DNA of 64,000 nucleotides, taken from NCBI GenBank assembly GCA_915066865.1, contig CAJZEE010000001.1, positions 835 through 64,834 of the forward strand, in the 5' to 3' direction. Positions 51,507 to 61,674 of this stretch are shown piece after piece. Position numbers and translations under genes: made by a program. The notes beneath the pieces are model-generated. The model saw only the letters and a list, made by a program, of their open reading frames with translations. It was not told where the DNA came from and searched no databases. Numbering within the stretch: position 1 is the first letter of the stretch; each line of letters begins with the position of its first letter. This stretch comes from an uncultured Veillonella sp. (lineage in GTDB: Bacteria; Bacillota; Negativicutes; Veillonellales; Veillonellaceae).

Positions 51507-51626
51507 ATTCTAAAAGATTATTAAGTTGGTTCTATACTTATGATTACTTTTAATTTTGGGATTAACCTTTATTAACTTCTATCCTTAAATAATATTTAGT
51601 GTTAAATGTTATAAGCTTATTTTAAT

Positions 51627-51671
51627 GACATCTATACCTTTCATAAGGGACTGGTATAGGTGTCATTTTTA
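51627..51671 (+). terminator. Intrinsic terminator closing the AT-rich island
   Basis: gacatctatacc-(14 nt loop)-ggtataggtgtc followed by ATTTTTA. Confidence 0.55.
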
Positions 51672-51775
51672 TATTGAAAACTAATAAAAATCAGTATTGA
51701 TTAAAATCTAAGTAGTTCTATTAAAATTACCAGAATTCTACGTTTTCATGAGTGTTTTATGATAAAATAAAAGGT

Positions 51776-52519
51776 ATGAATACTTCAACAACTAGGTCTA
51801 TTACCTATAATGGCGACAGAATTGAATATGAGTTAACCATCAAGCGTGTGAAGAACATGAACATGCGCATTACAAAGGATGGTGTGATCCATGTGTCGGC
51901 GAATGCCTATGTGCCGGATTATAGGGTGGACAAGTTTGTCATCGAGAATATGCCCTTTATTGAGCGGGCTCGTTACAAGATTGATGCATTGAATGCCAAG
52001 CGTGTTGAGGCGCTACAGTATGTGAATGGTGAAAGCTTATCCATCCTCGGCATTCCCGTTACTTTGCGCCTAGTTGAGCAGGACGGAAAGCCTCATATCG
52101 GCTTTGACGGGAAGGCCATTCTTACCATGGTGGTACCTCGTGGTACGACCTTTGAAGCGAAGCATAAATTAATGCAAAGTTATTGGCGCAATTTAGGGGA
52201 GAAGGTCTTTGTCCATTGGGCAAAGGTCGTGTATCAGCGCTTTCACAAGCAAGGTATTGACGTACCTATGCCAACCATAAAACAGCAGCGTATGAAGAGT
52301 CGTTGGGGCTCTTGTACGCCTACAAAGCAGCTCATCAAGATGAATACTCGACTATTAGAGGGGCCACAGGCGTATATTGAGTACGTTATGATTCATGAGT
52401 TTGCCCATTTTAAATATTTAGACCATTCCAAGAACTTTCACAATCTAGTGGCACAGTTTTTGCCAGATTGGAAGGCTCGTAAGAAGTCATTGAACGTGTA
52501 TTTTGCTCATCGCCCTTAA
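51776..52519 (+). CDS. YgjP-like (DUF45, M48/SprT-type) zinc-dependent hydrolase
   Basis: About 247 aa from MNTSTT (RBS aaagg). HEFAH zinc motif in YVMIHEFAHFKYLDHSKNF. Confidence 0.7.
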   Translation: MNTSTTRSITYNGDRIEYELTIKRVKNMNMRITKDGVIHVSANAYVPDYRVDKFVIENMPFIERARYKIDALNAKRVEALQYVNGESLSILGIPVTLRLVEQDGKPHIGFDGKAILTMVVPRGTTFEAKHKLMQSYWRNLGEKVFVHWAKVVYQRFHKQGIDVPMPTIKQQRMKSRWGSCTPTKQLIKMNTRLLEGPQAYIEYVMIHEFAHFKYLDHSKNFHNLVAQFLPDWKARKKSLNVYFAHRP

Positions 52520-52531
52520 AGGAGGTGTACC

Positions 52532-55500
52532 ATGCAGCCATTTGTACATTTACATAGTCATACAGAGTTTAGTTTGCTAGACGGCATCAGTCGCTTGCCT
52601 GACATGGTACGTCGTGCGAAGGAGTTAAATCAGCCAGCCCTTGCCATTACGGATCATGGCAATATGTATGCAGCCATTTATTTTTATAAGGAATGTGTAG
52701 CACAAGGCATTAAACCGATTATTGGGTGTGAAGTATATGTAACGGAACATAGCCGCCTTGATAAACCAGAAGGTCGCAGCCGTGAACGTTTGAAACATCT
52801 CATTCTATTAGCAGAGACTATGGAAGGGTATCGTAATCTCGTAAAAATCGTGTCGAAAGCCTCTACTGAAGGGTTTAATTATAAGCCACGTGCAGACCGT
52901 GATTTATTGCGCCAATACAGTAAGGGGATAATTGCCCTCAGTGCGTGTATTCAGGGGGAAATCCCTCAATATATCTTGCAAGATAATATGGAAGGCGCGA
53001 AGCGATCTATTGAATGGTATATCGAGACGTACGGCAAGGATAATTTCTTCTTAGAAATCCAAAATCATGGCTTGCCAGAGGAGGCAAAGGCCCAAGAGGA
53101 GCTCATTAAGCTCAGCAAGGAATATGGTCTTGGCATTGTAGCATCTAATGACTTCCACTATGTCTTAAAAGAGGATGCGGATGCGCAAGATATTAAGGTA
53201 TGTATTTCTACAGGCCGACGTCGTGCCGAAGTGGACCGCTTAAAGTTCCCTAATGATGAGTTCTATTTAAAATCTGGGGATGAGATGGCAGAGCTGTTCT
53301 CACATATTCCGGGAGCCATCGAAAATACCTTAAAAATTGCAGAACGCTGTAATGTGGAGTTTAATTTTGACGAACATCACTTGCCGCACTTTGATGTGCC
53401 AGAAGGGGAAACGTCTAAGACCTATTTGCGTAAGGTTTGTGAACGAGAAATTCCTCGCCTCTATGGGGAGACCTCTGAAGAATTACAAAAACGTTTAGAC
53501 TACGAGTTAGATGTAATTGGCACCATGGGCTTTGAGGATTACTTCCTCATCGTATGGGACTATGTACGCTATGCCCGTGAGCACGACATCTTAGTAGGTC
53601 CTGGTCGTGGTTCTGCGGCGGGGTCCGTAGTAGCCTATCTATTAGGCATTACAGGCCTCGATCCCTTAAAGTACGACTTGCTCTTTGAACGTTTTTTAAA
53701 TCCAGAGCGGGTAAGCATGCCTGATATCGATATTGATTTCTGCTATGAAAAGCGTGGTCAAGCCATCGAATATGTAACTCGAAAATACGGTCAAGCTCGT
53801 GTGTCCCAGATTATTACCTTCGGTACAGAGGCGGCTCGTGCCGTTATCCGTGACGTAGGTCGCGTGCTAGACCTGCCACTAGCGGAAGTTAACCGCATTG
53901 CTAAGATGATTCCCAACGAACTAGGCATAACCTTAGATAAGGCTTTGCAAGGTAAAGAATTAAAGGCTTTGTACGAAGCTGATCCAAACGTTAAAGAGTT
54001 ATTTGATTTTGGTAAAAAGTTAGAAGGGATTGCGCGCAATTCGTCCACTCATGCAGCGGGTGTCGTAATTTCTGCAGACCCTCTAGATGACCACGTACCG
54101 GTACAAAATGCCAACGAAGAGGGCTTTGTAACGCAATACGATAAGGATAATATCGAGGAACTAGGCCTCTTAAAGATGGACTTCTTGGGCCTACGTACCT
54201 TAACGGTTATGGGGGATGCCTTAAAGCTCATCAAAGCGAACCGTGGTATTGACCTCGATTTAGATGCTATTCCACTAGACGACAAGGCAGCTTGTGATAT
54301 CCTCACTAAGGGCGATACCTCTGGCGTATTCCAGCTCGAATCAGAAGGTATTACAAAGCTCGTTATGGACCTTAAGCCTGAGCATTTTGAGGACTTAATT
54401 CCATTGGTAGCCTTGTACCGTCCAGGTCCATTGGGGTCTGGCATGGTGGCAGACTTTATCGACCGTCGTCACGGTAAAAAAGAGGTTACCTATTTACATC
54501 CTATCTTGGAACCGATTTTGAAAGATACCTTTGGTGTCATCTTGTACCAAGAACAGGTTATGCAGATTGCATCCGCCATGGGCGGCTTCTCCCTTGGTCA
54601 AGCGGACTTAATGCGCCGCGCCATGGGTAAGAAAAAGGAATCCGTTCTAAAGGCTCAGCGCGAATCTTTTATTCAAGGTTCTATTAATAATGGTATAGAA
54701 GAGTCCATTGCGAACGAAGTATTTGACTTGCTCGTATACTTCGCCGGCTATGGCTTTAATAAATCACATAGTGCGGCGTATGCGTATATCGCGTACCAAA
54801 CGGCGTATTTGAAAGCCCACTATTTCCCTGAATTTATGGCTGCAACGATGACTAGCTTCATGCAGAACATGCAGAAATTGACCTACTACATTAATGCCTG
54901 CAAGAAGCACAATGTTAAGGTACTAGGCCCAGATATTAACTATTCTGAGCGTAGTTTCGCCGTACAAGACGACGCTATTCGTTTCGGACTTGGCGGTATC
55001 AAGAATGTAGGGGACAACGCCATTGATCGCTTGATTCGTGAGCGCAATGAGCATGGTCTATATACGGATATCGTGGACTTCTGTAAACGGGTGGACAATA
55101 AGGTTGTTAATAAACGATTACTTGAAAGTCTCATTCGCTGCGGCGCTATGGATGGCTTTAAGGAAAATCGTAACCAATTATTGCACATGTATGAAAGCGC
55201 ACAAGCCGTTGGTGCTAAAGAGCAAAAGGATGCCGCTATGGGCACTATGAACCTCTTTGGCGATATGGAAGAATCTGTCGATTTTATCCCTGTTCCCAAT
55301 GTGGAGGATTTATCGGAAGACGATAAATTAAAGGATGAAAAGGAATATACCGGCTTTTACATTACGGGGCATCCATTGCAAGGATATGCGAAGGAGTTGG
55401 AGGGCCTCTTTGAACTGGGTGCTCTCGTAGAAAATCCAGAGCAATACGATGGTCAAACCATTACCTTTGGCGGTCTCATCGAAAATAAATCAGACCGCAT

Positions 55501-55939
55501 GACGAAGCGCAATGAGGTTATGTCCATTCTTCGCATTGAAGATTATTCTGGTGCGGCTAATGTAGTGGCATTCCCTAAGGTCTTTAGTCAAAGCCAGCAA
55601 TTCATTGCAGTCGATATGATTGTTAAGGTAAAAGGCCGGGTTGATGCGGATGAAAAAGGTGTGCAAATCATTGCAGACCGTATTACGCCATTAAAGGTAA
55701 ACTATGGGCAGGCAAAACAGGTGGCAATCCACATTTATAGCCAATATGATACACCAGAAAATAGCGAAGCCTTAAAACGCGTGTTGACTAGCACTGCTGG
55801 CTCTGTGCCAACGTCATTATATTTACACCGTCAACGAAAACGGATTAATCTGCCACCAAATATGTGCTTTGACCCTAGTGATGAATCCATCAGGGCTATT
55901 GAATCTATTTTAGGTGAAGGCTCCGTAGAGGTGCAATAA
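52532..55939 (+). CDS. dnaE: DNA polymerase III alpha subunit (DnaE type)
   Basis: 1135 aa. N-terminal PHP domain (HLHSHTEFSLLDG), polymerase core, C-terminal OB domain. Confidence 0.9.
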   Translation: MQPFVHLHSHTEFSLLDGISRLPDMVRRAKELNQPALAITDHGNMYAAIYFYKECVAQGIKPIIGCEVYVTEHSRLDKPEGRSRERLKHLILLAETMEGYRNLVKIVSKASTEGFNYKPRADRDLLRQYSKGIIALSACIQGEIPQYILQDNMEGAKRSIEWYIETYGKDNFFLEIQNHGLPEEAKAQEELIKLSKEYGLGIVASNDFHYVLKEDADAQDIKVCISTGRRRAEVDRLKFPNDEFYLKSGDEMAELFSHIPGAIENTLKIAERCNVEFNFDEHHLPHFDVPEGETSKTYLRKVCEREIPRLYGETSEELQKRLDYELDVIGTMGFEDYFLIVWDYVRYAREHDILVGPGRGSAAGSVVAYLLGITGLDPLKYDLLFERFLNPERVSMPDIDIDFCYEKRGQAIEYVTRKYGQARVSQIITFGTEAARAVIRDVGRVLDLPLAEVNRIAKMIPNELGITLDKALQGKELKALYEADPNVKELFDFGKKLEGIARNSSTHAAGVVISADPLDDHVPVQNANEEGFVTQYDKDNIEELGLLKMDFLGLRTLTVMGDALKLIKANRGIDLDLDAIPLDDKAACDILTKGDTSGVFQLESEGITKLVMDLKPEHFEDLIPLVALYRPGPLGSGMVADFIDRRHGKKEVTYLHPILEPILKDTFGVILYQEQVMQIASAMGGFSLGQADLMRRAMGKKKESVLKAQRESFIQGSINNGIEESIANEVFDLLVYFAGYGFNKSHSAAYAYIAYQTAYLKAHYFPEFMAATMTSFMQNMQKLTYYINACKKHNVKVLGPDINYSERSFAVQDDAIRFGLGGIKNVGDNAIDRLIRERNEHGLYTDIVDFCKRVDNKVVNKRLLESLIRCGAMDGFKENRNQLLHMYESAQAVGAKEQKDAAMGTMNLFGDMEESVDFIPVPNVEDLSEDDKLKDEKEYTGFYITGHPLQGYAKELEGLFELGALVENPEQYDGQTITFGGLIENKSDRMTKRNEVMSILRIEDYSGAANVVAFPKVFSQSQQFIAVDMIVKVKGRVDADEKGVQIIADRITPLKVNYGQAKQVAIHIYSQYDTPENSEALKRVLTSTAGSVPTSLYLHRQRKRINLPPNMCFDPSDESIRAIESILGEGSVEVQ

Positions 55940-56032
55940 CATATGTTGTGTGAGGCACAGATAGCTTTCACCAACATTGATATAATAAGAAATGAAAGAT
56001 CCAATCTTGGATGTGCTTTCATAGGAGGAAAG

Positions 56033-57781
56033 ATGAAACGTACAAAGATAGTATGTACTGTAGGTCCGGGAACGGATAAATTTGGTATCTTAGAAGATAT
56101 GATGCGGGCGGGCATGAACGTAGCTCGTTTTAACTTCTCTCACGGATCCCATGAAGAGCAAGCAGAACGCATGCAAATGGTGCGCGATGCAGCGATGATT
56201 GTGAATAAACCGATCGCATTATTGCTCGACACAAAAGGCCCTGAGGTTCGTCTCGGTCTATTTAAAGAAGGCAAGGTATTCCTCGAAGCTGGTCAACCAT
56301 TTACGTTGACTACAGATGATGTGGAAGGCACAAAAGAGCTTAGCTCCGTGAACCACAAAGGTCTTACAGGTGATGTGTCCGTAGGGGATAAAATTCTATT
56401 GGCTGATGGGCTTGTAACACTTACCATCGATGCTATCGAAGGCAATAATATCATTACAACTGTTCAAAATAGCGGGGAAATCGGCAACCGCAAGCGTGTA
56501 GCCGTACCAGGTGTAGCACTAAGCTTGCCACCTGTATCTGAACAGGATGAAGCGGACTTGCGCTTTGGCTGTCAACAAGGGGTAGACTTTGTGGCCGCAT
56601 CCTTCATGCAACGGGGTAAAGACATTGTGGCTATTCGCCGCATTCTTGAGTCTGAGAAAAAAGATATCAAGATTATCGCGAAAATCGAAAATGCAGAAGG
56701 CGTTAAAAATATCGATGAAATCTTGGAAGTAGCTGATGGCCTCATGGTTGCGCGTGGCGATCTCGGTGTAGAAATCCCTGCAGAAGAAGTGCCAGTACTT
56801 CAAAAGATGATGATTGAAAAATGCAATAACTTGGGTAAACCCGTTATTACGGCGACACAAATGCTTGAGTCTATGATTCAAAATCCACGTCCAACACGTG
56901 CGGAAGCAAGTGACGTAGCTAACGCCATTTTGGATGGTACCGATGCGATTATGTTATCTGGTGAAACAGCCAATGGTTCCTATCCTGTAGAAGCTGTTGC
57001 GACCATGACTCGCATTGCAGAGGTAACGGAAAAGGCTGCTATTTACGATAGCTATAGCCGCGCTCGTGAGGATGAAGAAATGACTACTACAAGCGCCGTA
57101 TGCTTGGCTAGTGTGCGCGTAGCTCAAAATCTCGGGGCCGCTGCTATTTTGACATGTACTGAATCTGGCCACACCGCACTTAGCGTGGCGCGTCATCGTC
57201 CAGATTGTAAAATCATCGCTGTCACACCTCATGAGGAAACTATTCGTCGCATGCAATTATGCTGGGGCGTAGAGGCTATTAAGGGACATGAAATTATCAA
57301 CTCCGATGAAATGGTAAAACAAGCCATTACTGGTGCGCTTGGTACTGGGGCTATCGAGTCTGGTGACCTTGTAGTTGTTACCGCTGGTGTGCCATCCGGT
57401 GCAACCGGTACTACAAACATGATTCGCGTTCACATTGCAGGTCGAGTACTCTTGTCTGGCAATGGTATTTTACGTAAATCCGTTACAGGTAATGTATACA
57501 TTGCGGCTAATCATAAGGGTAATTATGAAAGTTTCAAAGATGGTGATATCCTTGTGGTAGGCACAATTGAGCCTGAATTGATGGCTATTGCAAAACGAGC
57601 AGGTGGCATTATTGCCGTAGAAGATGGTTATACATCGGACAGCGCTATTGCGGGCATTACCTATGGTATTCCTGTTATCTTAGGCGCTAAAAATGCTCAT
57701 GAAGTGCTCCTCGAAGGTCAAGAAGTGACTATCGATGGCGAACGTGGTAAGGTGTTTGCGGGCATTGCCAATGCTCGATAA
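56033..57781 (+). CDS. pyk: Pyruvate kinase with C-terminal PEP-utilizing-enzyme mobile domain
   Basis: About 582 aa from MKRTKIVCTVGP (RBS aggagg). Track ORF begins at 55943 directly after the dnaE stop. C-terminal about 100 aa PEP-utilizer domain as in Bacillus-type Pyk. Confidence 0.9.
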   Translation: MKRTKIVCTVGPGTDKFGILEDMMRAGMNVARFNFSHGSHEEQAERMQMVRDAAMIVNKPIALLLDTKGPEVRLGLFKEGKVFLEAGQPFTLTTDDVEGTKELSSVNHKGLTGDVSVGDKILLADGLVTLTIDAIEGNNIITTVQNSGEIGNRKRVAVPGVALSLPPVSEQDEADLRFGCQQGVDFVAASFMQRGKDIVAIRRILESEKKDIKIIAKIENAEGVKNIDEILEVADGLMVARGDLGVEIPAEEVPVLQKMMIEKCNNLGKPVITATQMLESMIQNPRPTRAEASDVANAILDGTDAIMLSGETANGSYPVEAVATMTRIAEVTEKAAIYDSYSRAREDEEMTTTSAVCLASVRVAQNLGAAAILTCTESGHTALSVARHRPDCKIIAVTPHEETIRRMQLCWGVEAIKGHEIINSDEMVKQAITGALGTGAIESGDLVVVTAGVPSGATGTTNMIRVHIAGRVLLSGNGILRKSVTGNVYIAANHKGNYESFKDGDILVVGTIEPELMAIAKRAGGIIAVEDGYTSDSAIAGITYGIPVILGAKNAHEVLLEGQEVTIDGERGKVFAGIANAR

Positions 57782-57816
57782 TCTCTATAAGTGATAATTA
57801 AATAAGGAGGGATAGT

Positions 57817-58560
57817 ATGAATCCATATAATGTAACAGGACCTACTGCAGCTGAGGTTGCACAGGTTGAAAGTATCGTATCCCAACGATTAAAAGGCTCT
57901 TTTTTATGGATGGTTGTAGGCTTACTTACAACTATTGGTGTTGGCTTTGCTGCATTAGTGAATCCAAATTGGTTACGCTTTGCGTACCAAAATTTTAATA
58001 TTATCTTATTAGTAGAGCTAGGTGTGGTATTCCTTTTTAGTGCTCGTGCATATTCTGCTAATGTAATGACGTTACGAGGTATGTTCTTCCTCTATAGTGC
58101 TTTGAATGGTCTCACATTGACTTTGGTATCATTGCGATACAATGTGTTTGATGTTGTTATTCCGGCGTTAATAGGTACGCTTGCTTTCTTCATTGGCTTT
58201 GCAGTGGTAGGGGCTACAACTAAACGTAATTTATCATCCCTTACACCATATGTGATGGCGGCATTGTTCGGCATGATCATCGTATCCTTGGTGATGATGG
58301 GGGCCCGCTTCTTTAACTGGACTGTACTCAGTGGCTTTAGTGATACTGTTAGTTTAGTTCTAGGTTATGTAGGTGTTGTAGTATTCTCTATCTTTACAGC
58401 TATCGATGTGAACCGCATTAAGAATAATGTGACACAAGTGGCGCTCATGGAGGATGAAACAATTTTAGACCGCATTGAAATCACAGGCGCTTTGAGCCTA
58501 TACCTAGATTTCATTAACTTATTCTTATCCTTATTACGCATCTTTGGTAATAAGCGATAA
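57817..58560 (+). CDS. Bax inhibitor-1/YccA family membrane protein
   Basis: 247 aa, seven predicted TM helices, BI-1/UPF0005 topology. Confidence 0.7.
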   Translation: MNPYNVTGPTAAEVAQVESIVSQRLKGSFLWMVVGLLTTIGVGFAALVNPNWLRFAYQNFNIILLVELGVVFLFSARAYSANVMTLRGMFFLYSALNGLTLTLVSLRYNVFDVVIPALIGTLAFFIGFAVVGATTKRNLSSLTPYVMAALFGMIIVSLVMMGARFFNWTVLSGFSDTVSLVLGYVGVVVFSIFTAIDVNRIKNNVTQVALMEDETILDRIEITGALSLYLDFINLFLSLLRIFGNKR

Positions 58561-58573
58561 TAAAGGAGTTTGT

Positions 58574-59485
58574 ATGGACGATAGAGAATGGCAAACCTTT
58601 GTTACTGTTGTCGATGAAGGCAATATTACAAGGGCTGCAGAAAAATTATTTTTATCGCAACCAGCGTTGAGTTATCGGTTGCGCCATATGGAAAAAGCCT
58701 TGGGCCATTCTCTGTTGTTGCGGACTGCTGAGGGGATTGCCCTCACGGCACAAGGCGAAATTTTCTATGATTACTGTAAGCGAATGATGCAAGAAGAAGA
58801 GGCTTTGGAGCACGCTATGAACTCCGCTTCTGGCAAGATTCAAGGGACCTTGAAAATCGCATCATCTATCAACTTTGCAGATTATGAACTACCTGCTTTA
58901 TTGAGAGCTTTCCGCGAACAATATCCTGATGTTCATATTCAAGTGAAGACTGCTTTCAGCCATCAAGTGGTAAAAATGTTTAATACTGGTGACTGTATGG
59001 TCGCCTTTGCTCGTGGTGGCTATGACGTGTCTGGTAAGTCTGAACTGTTACTAGCAGAGCCCTATTGTCTTGTATATAAAGAATTAGTGCCGCCTGAATC
59101 CTTAGTAAAGGTACCGTTCATTAAATACCAAACAGATGCATCGGTAGCAAATATTATCGAAACTTGGTGTGCAGAACATTTTGACGAGCCCCCAAGTGTG
59201 GCGATGGACGTAAATTCTATGAGTACGTGTCGTCACTTTGTTCGTGCTGGTCTTGGTTGGTCTATCTTGACCTATATGGGACTTGGATCCTGTAAGGATA
59301 AAGATATTTATGTGAGTCCATTACGCAGTAAAAATGGTGAATATATCACCCGTGATACCAATATGGTGTACACAAAAGATTCGGAAAATTTAATCGTTGT
59401 TAATACCTTTATTGAATATGTCCGTAACTATTACAAGGAACACACCGTTGTAGATAATAGTATATTTAGAGAATATAAGTCTTAG
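58574..59485 (+). CDS. LysR family transcriptional regulator (adjacent to the citrate lyase locus)
   Basis: About 303 aa from MDDREWQTF (RBS aaagga). HTH NITRAAEKLFLSQPALSYRLRHME. Confidence 0.8.
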   Translation: MDDREWQTFVTVVDEGNITRAAEKLFLSQPALSYRLRHMEKALGHSLLLRTAEGIALTAQGEIFYDYCKRMMQEEEALEHAMNSASGKIQGTLKIASSINFADYELPALLRAFREQYPDVHIQVKTAFSHQVVKMFNTGDCMVAFARGGYDVSGKSELLLAEPYCLVYKELVPPESLVKVPFIKYQTDASVANIIETWCAEHFDEPPSVAMDVNSMSTCRHFVRAGLGWSILTYMGLGSCKDKDIYVSPLRSKNGEYITRDTNMVYTKDSENLIVVNTFIEYVRNYYKEHTVVDNSIFREYKS

Positions 59486-59612
59486 GAATTATCAATAGAG
59501 CATATCTATGAGGTTTTCTAACTGTTTATCCATGCTGTTTCAGTATTGGACTTTTTCGATATAATAGATAATAATAAAAGTGTCTCGAAAGAGAAAGGCA
59601 GTACCATGTAAG

Positions 59613-59656
59613 TGCATGTATACACCCCTTTGGGGACGTATACATGCATTTTTTTC
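59613..59656 (+). terminator. Intrinsic terminator after the LysR gene
   Basis: tgcatgtatac-a-cccc ttt gggg-ac-gtatacatgca followed by TTTTTTT. Confidence 0.6.
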
Positions 59657-59878
59657 ATTTGGGACTGTAAAACTATGCTTAAAATGCATAAAAAGTATGA
59701 TTGACAGATATAAAAGTTTTTATAACCCCTATAAAGGTAATCTATTATTCATATTTCTTTTAAACATTTATAATGAGTATAGACTTAATCAATGTAATCG
59801 ACGTCGCGAACGGTTATGTTGTTGAAGACTAGATGATTTTATGTATGCCTAAGTTAATTCAGAAAGGGAAAGACACAC

Positions 59879-61282
59879 ATGAAAGACAAATTATGGCGCG
59901 TTGCCGTTATGGCTGCCATCGTCGCAATCGCATGGTTTGGTGGCACCCCAGAAGGGCTCAAACCACAAGTATGGCAATTATTTGGTATTTATTTAGCAAC
60001 TATCGTGGGCTTGGTATTAAAACCATTCCCTGTTCCTATTACAGTATTATTAGGTGTTGCTACATCTTCTATTTTATTGAATAACACAAAAGATGTATTA
60101 ACTGGCTACAGTAACACAGCATTATGGTTAATCTTCGCAGCCTTCGCATTATCCGTTGCGTTTGGTAAAACTGGTCTTGGCCACCGCATTGCGTACCACT
60201 TGGTTCGCGCCTTTGGTAGCACTACGCTTCGTCTTGGCTATGTAACTGCATTCCTTGATATGATCTTATCTCCAGCAACTCCATCCAACACAGCTCGCGC
60301 GGCAGGTATCGTATATCCTATCAATTTGTCCATCGCTGAAGCTGTTGGTTCCTATCCTGGTGAAACTGCTAAAAAAGCCGGTGCTTACCTCTTGCAAAAT
60401 GGTTACTTCGCAACAAAGGTCACATCCTTCTTCTTTGCTACTGCAATGGCGCCAAACTTATTAGCATTAGATTTCATCACTAAATTGACAGGGGTATCCT
60501 TGAACTGGGCGCAATGGGCGTTGGCTATGTTCGTACCTGGTTTCATTATGTTAATGTGTATCCCATTCATCGGTTATATGTATGAACGTCCTTCTGTAAA
60601 AGAAATCGACAATAAGAAAATTGCTGAGGATGGGTTAGCAGAATTAGGACCTATGAAAGCGTCTGAAAAAGGCCTTATTGCCATTGCACTTCTTGCAATC
60701 GTAGGCTGGGTTCTTCCTACTTTTGATATTAATATTAATGCTACTGCAGTGGCTATCGTAGCTATGCTTGCTACATTTGTATGTGGCATTATTAATTGGG
60801 ATGACTTGCTCAAAACTAAAGCAGCTTGGAACACATTGATTTGGTTCGGTGGTATCTTGGGCTTATCCTCTGCATTGACTAAAGGTAAATTCTTCGAATG
60901 GTTGGCTAAATACTTAGAGGCTCATATGAACTTTGGCTTAGATCCATTCATGATGCTTATCCTTATTTCTGTAATCTCTGTTGCTGTTCGTTACTTCTTT
61001 GCATCTGGTACTGCATATATTTCTGCAATGTTACCAGTATTCTTGATTGTAGGTATCAACGCAGGTATCGATCCTACATTACTAGCTTTCATCTTAATTG
61101 GGACAAACTCCTATGGTGGTTCCGTAACTCACTACGGTGCGGCTCCTGGTCCAATCATCTTCTCCGCTGGTTACAACAATGTAAAAGACTGGTGGACAGT
61201 TGGTCTTATCTCCGCCGTTGTATGTTTAGTTTTGAACTACGTAATCGGTATCCCTTGGTGGAAAATCGCTGGTTTCATGTAA
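59879..61282 (+). CDS. DASS family di/tricarboxylate transporter (probable citrate carrier), paralog of 24797-26200
   Basis: 467 aa. LSPATPSNTARAAG motif. Immediately upstream of citDEF. Confidence 0.75.
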   Translation: MKDKLWRVAVMAAIVAIAWFGGTPEGLKPQVWQLFGIYLATIVGLVLKPFPVPITVLLGVATSSILLNNTKDVLTGYSNTALWLIFAAFALSVAFGKTGLGHRIAYHLVRAFGSTTLRLGYVTAFLDMILSPATPSNTARAAGIVYPINLSIAEAVGSYPGETAKKAGAYLLQNGYFATKVTSFFFATAMAPNLLALDFITKLTGVSLNWAQWALAMFVPGFIMLMCIPFIGYMYERPSVKEIDNKKIAEDGLAELGPMKASEKGLIAIALLAIVGWVLPTFDININATAVAIVAMLATFVCGIINWDDLLKTKAAWNTLIWFGGILGLSSALTKGKFFEWLAKYLEAHMNFGLDPFMMLILISVISVAVRYFFASGTAYISAMLPVFLIVGINAGIDPTLLAFILIGTNSYGGSVTHYGAAPGPIIFSAGYNNVKDWWTVGLISAVVCLVLNYVIGIPWWKIAGFM

Positions 61283-61404
61283 TCAGAAACTTTCACTATG
61301 GAGTGTTAGATTTTAATTGTTAGTATTCAATATCTGTATAGGCTCTCGCGACGAGTCTGTACAAATTTGGGTTTTATAAATGTTTCACAAGGAAAGGATG
61401 CAAC

Positions 61405-61674
61405 ATGGCACAATTAGTAAAAGCTGCACAAGCTGGCTTCGACGAAAAAAATGATGCATTAGTAACGGTTGAACCGATTGCTAGCGGTATCGAAATCGAA
61501 TTAACATCCAAAGTTATGCGTCAATATGGCGATCAAATTAAATCCGTTATCTTGAACACAGTGAAAGAAGCTGGTTATGATGGCGTAAAAGTAATCGTAC
61601 AAGATAAAAATGCTTGGGATTACACAATTAAAGCTCGCGTATTAGGTGCATTGGAAAGGGGGAGCAAAGCATAA
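61405..61674 (+). CDS. citD: Citrate lyase acyl carrier protein (gamma subunit)-like
   Basis: 89 aa. Homologous to CitD throughout (VEPIASGIEIELTSKV...YGDQIKSVI...KARV), but the canonical prosthetic-group Ser (AGTLESSD motif) appears replaced (AGFDEKND). Confidence 0.6.
   Translation: MAQLVKAAQAGFDEKNDALVTVEPIASGIEIELTSKVMRQYGDQIKSVILNTVKEAGYDGVKVIVQDKNAWDYTIKARVLGALERGSKA

Noticed and set aside
47629-51750. Prophage remnant or integrative element interpretation of the AT-rich island
   Set aside because: No integrase, recombinase, transposase, phage structural gene or flanking direct repeat/tRNA attachment site is visible. The XRE regulator alone is insufficient to call it a prophage.
55943-56032. 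N-terminal extension of the pyk ORF in the track; similar extensions for ilvC 32772, pgl 22842, LysR 58544, hemC 42866, ilvD 26690 and ygjP 51752
   Set aside because: Internal ATGs preceded by good RBSs, and matching the canonical N-termini of the protein families, are better start sites. The extensions are read-through from upstream stops.
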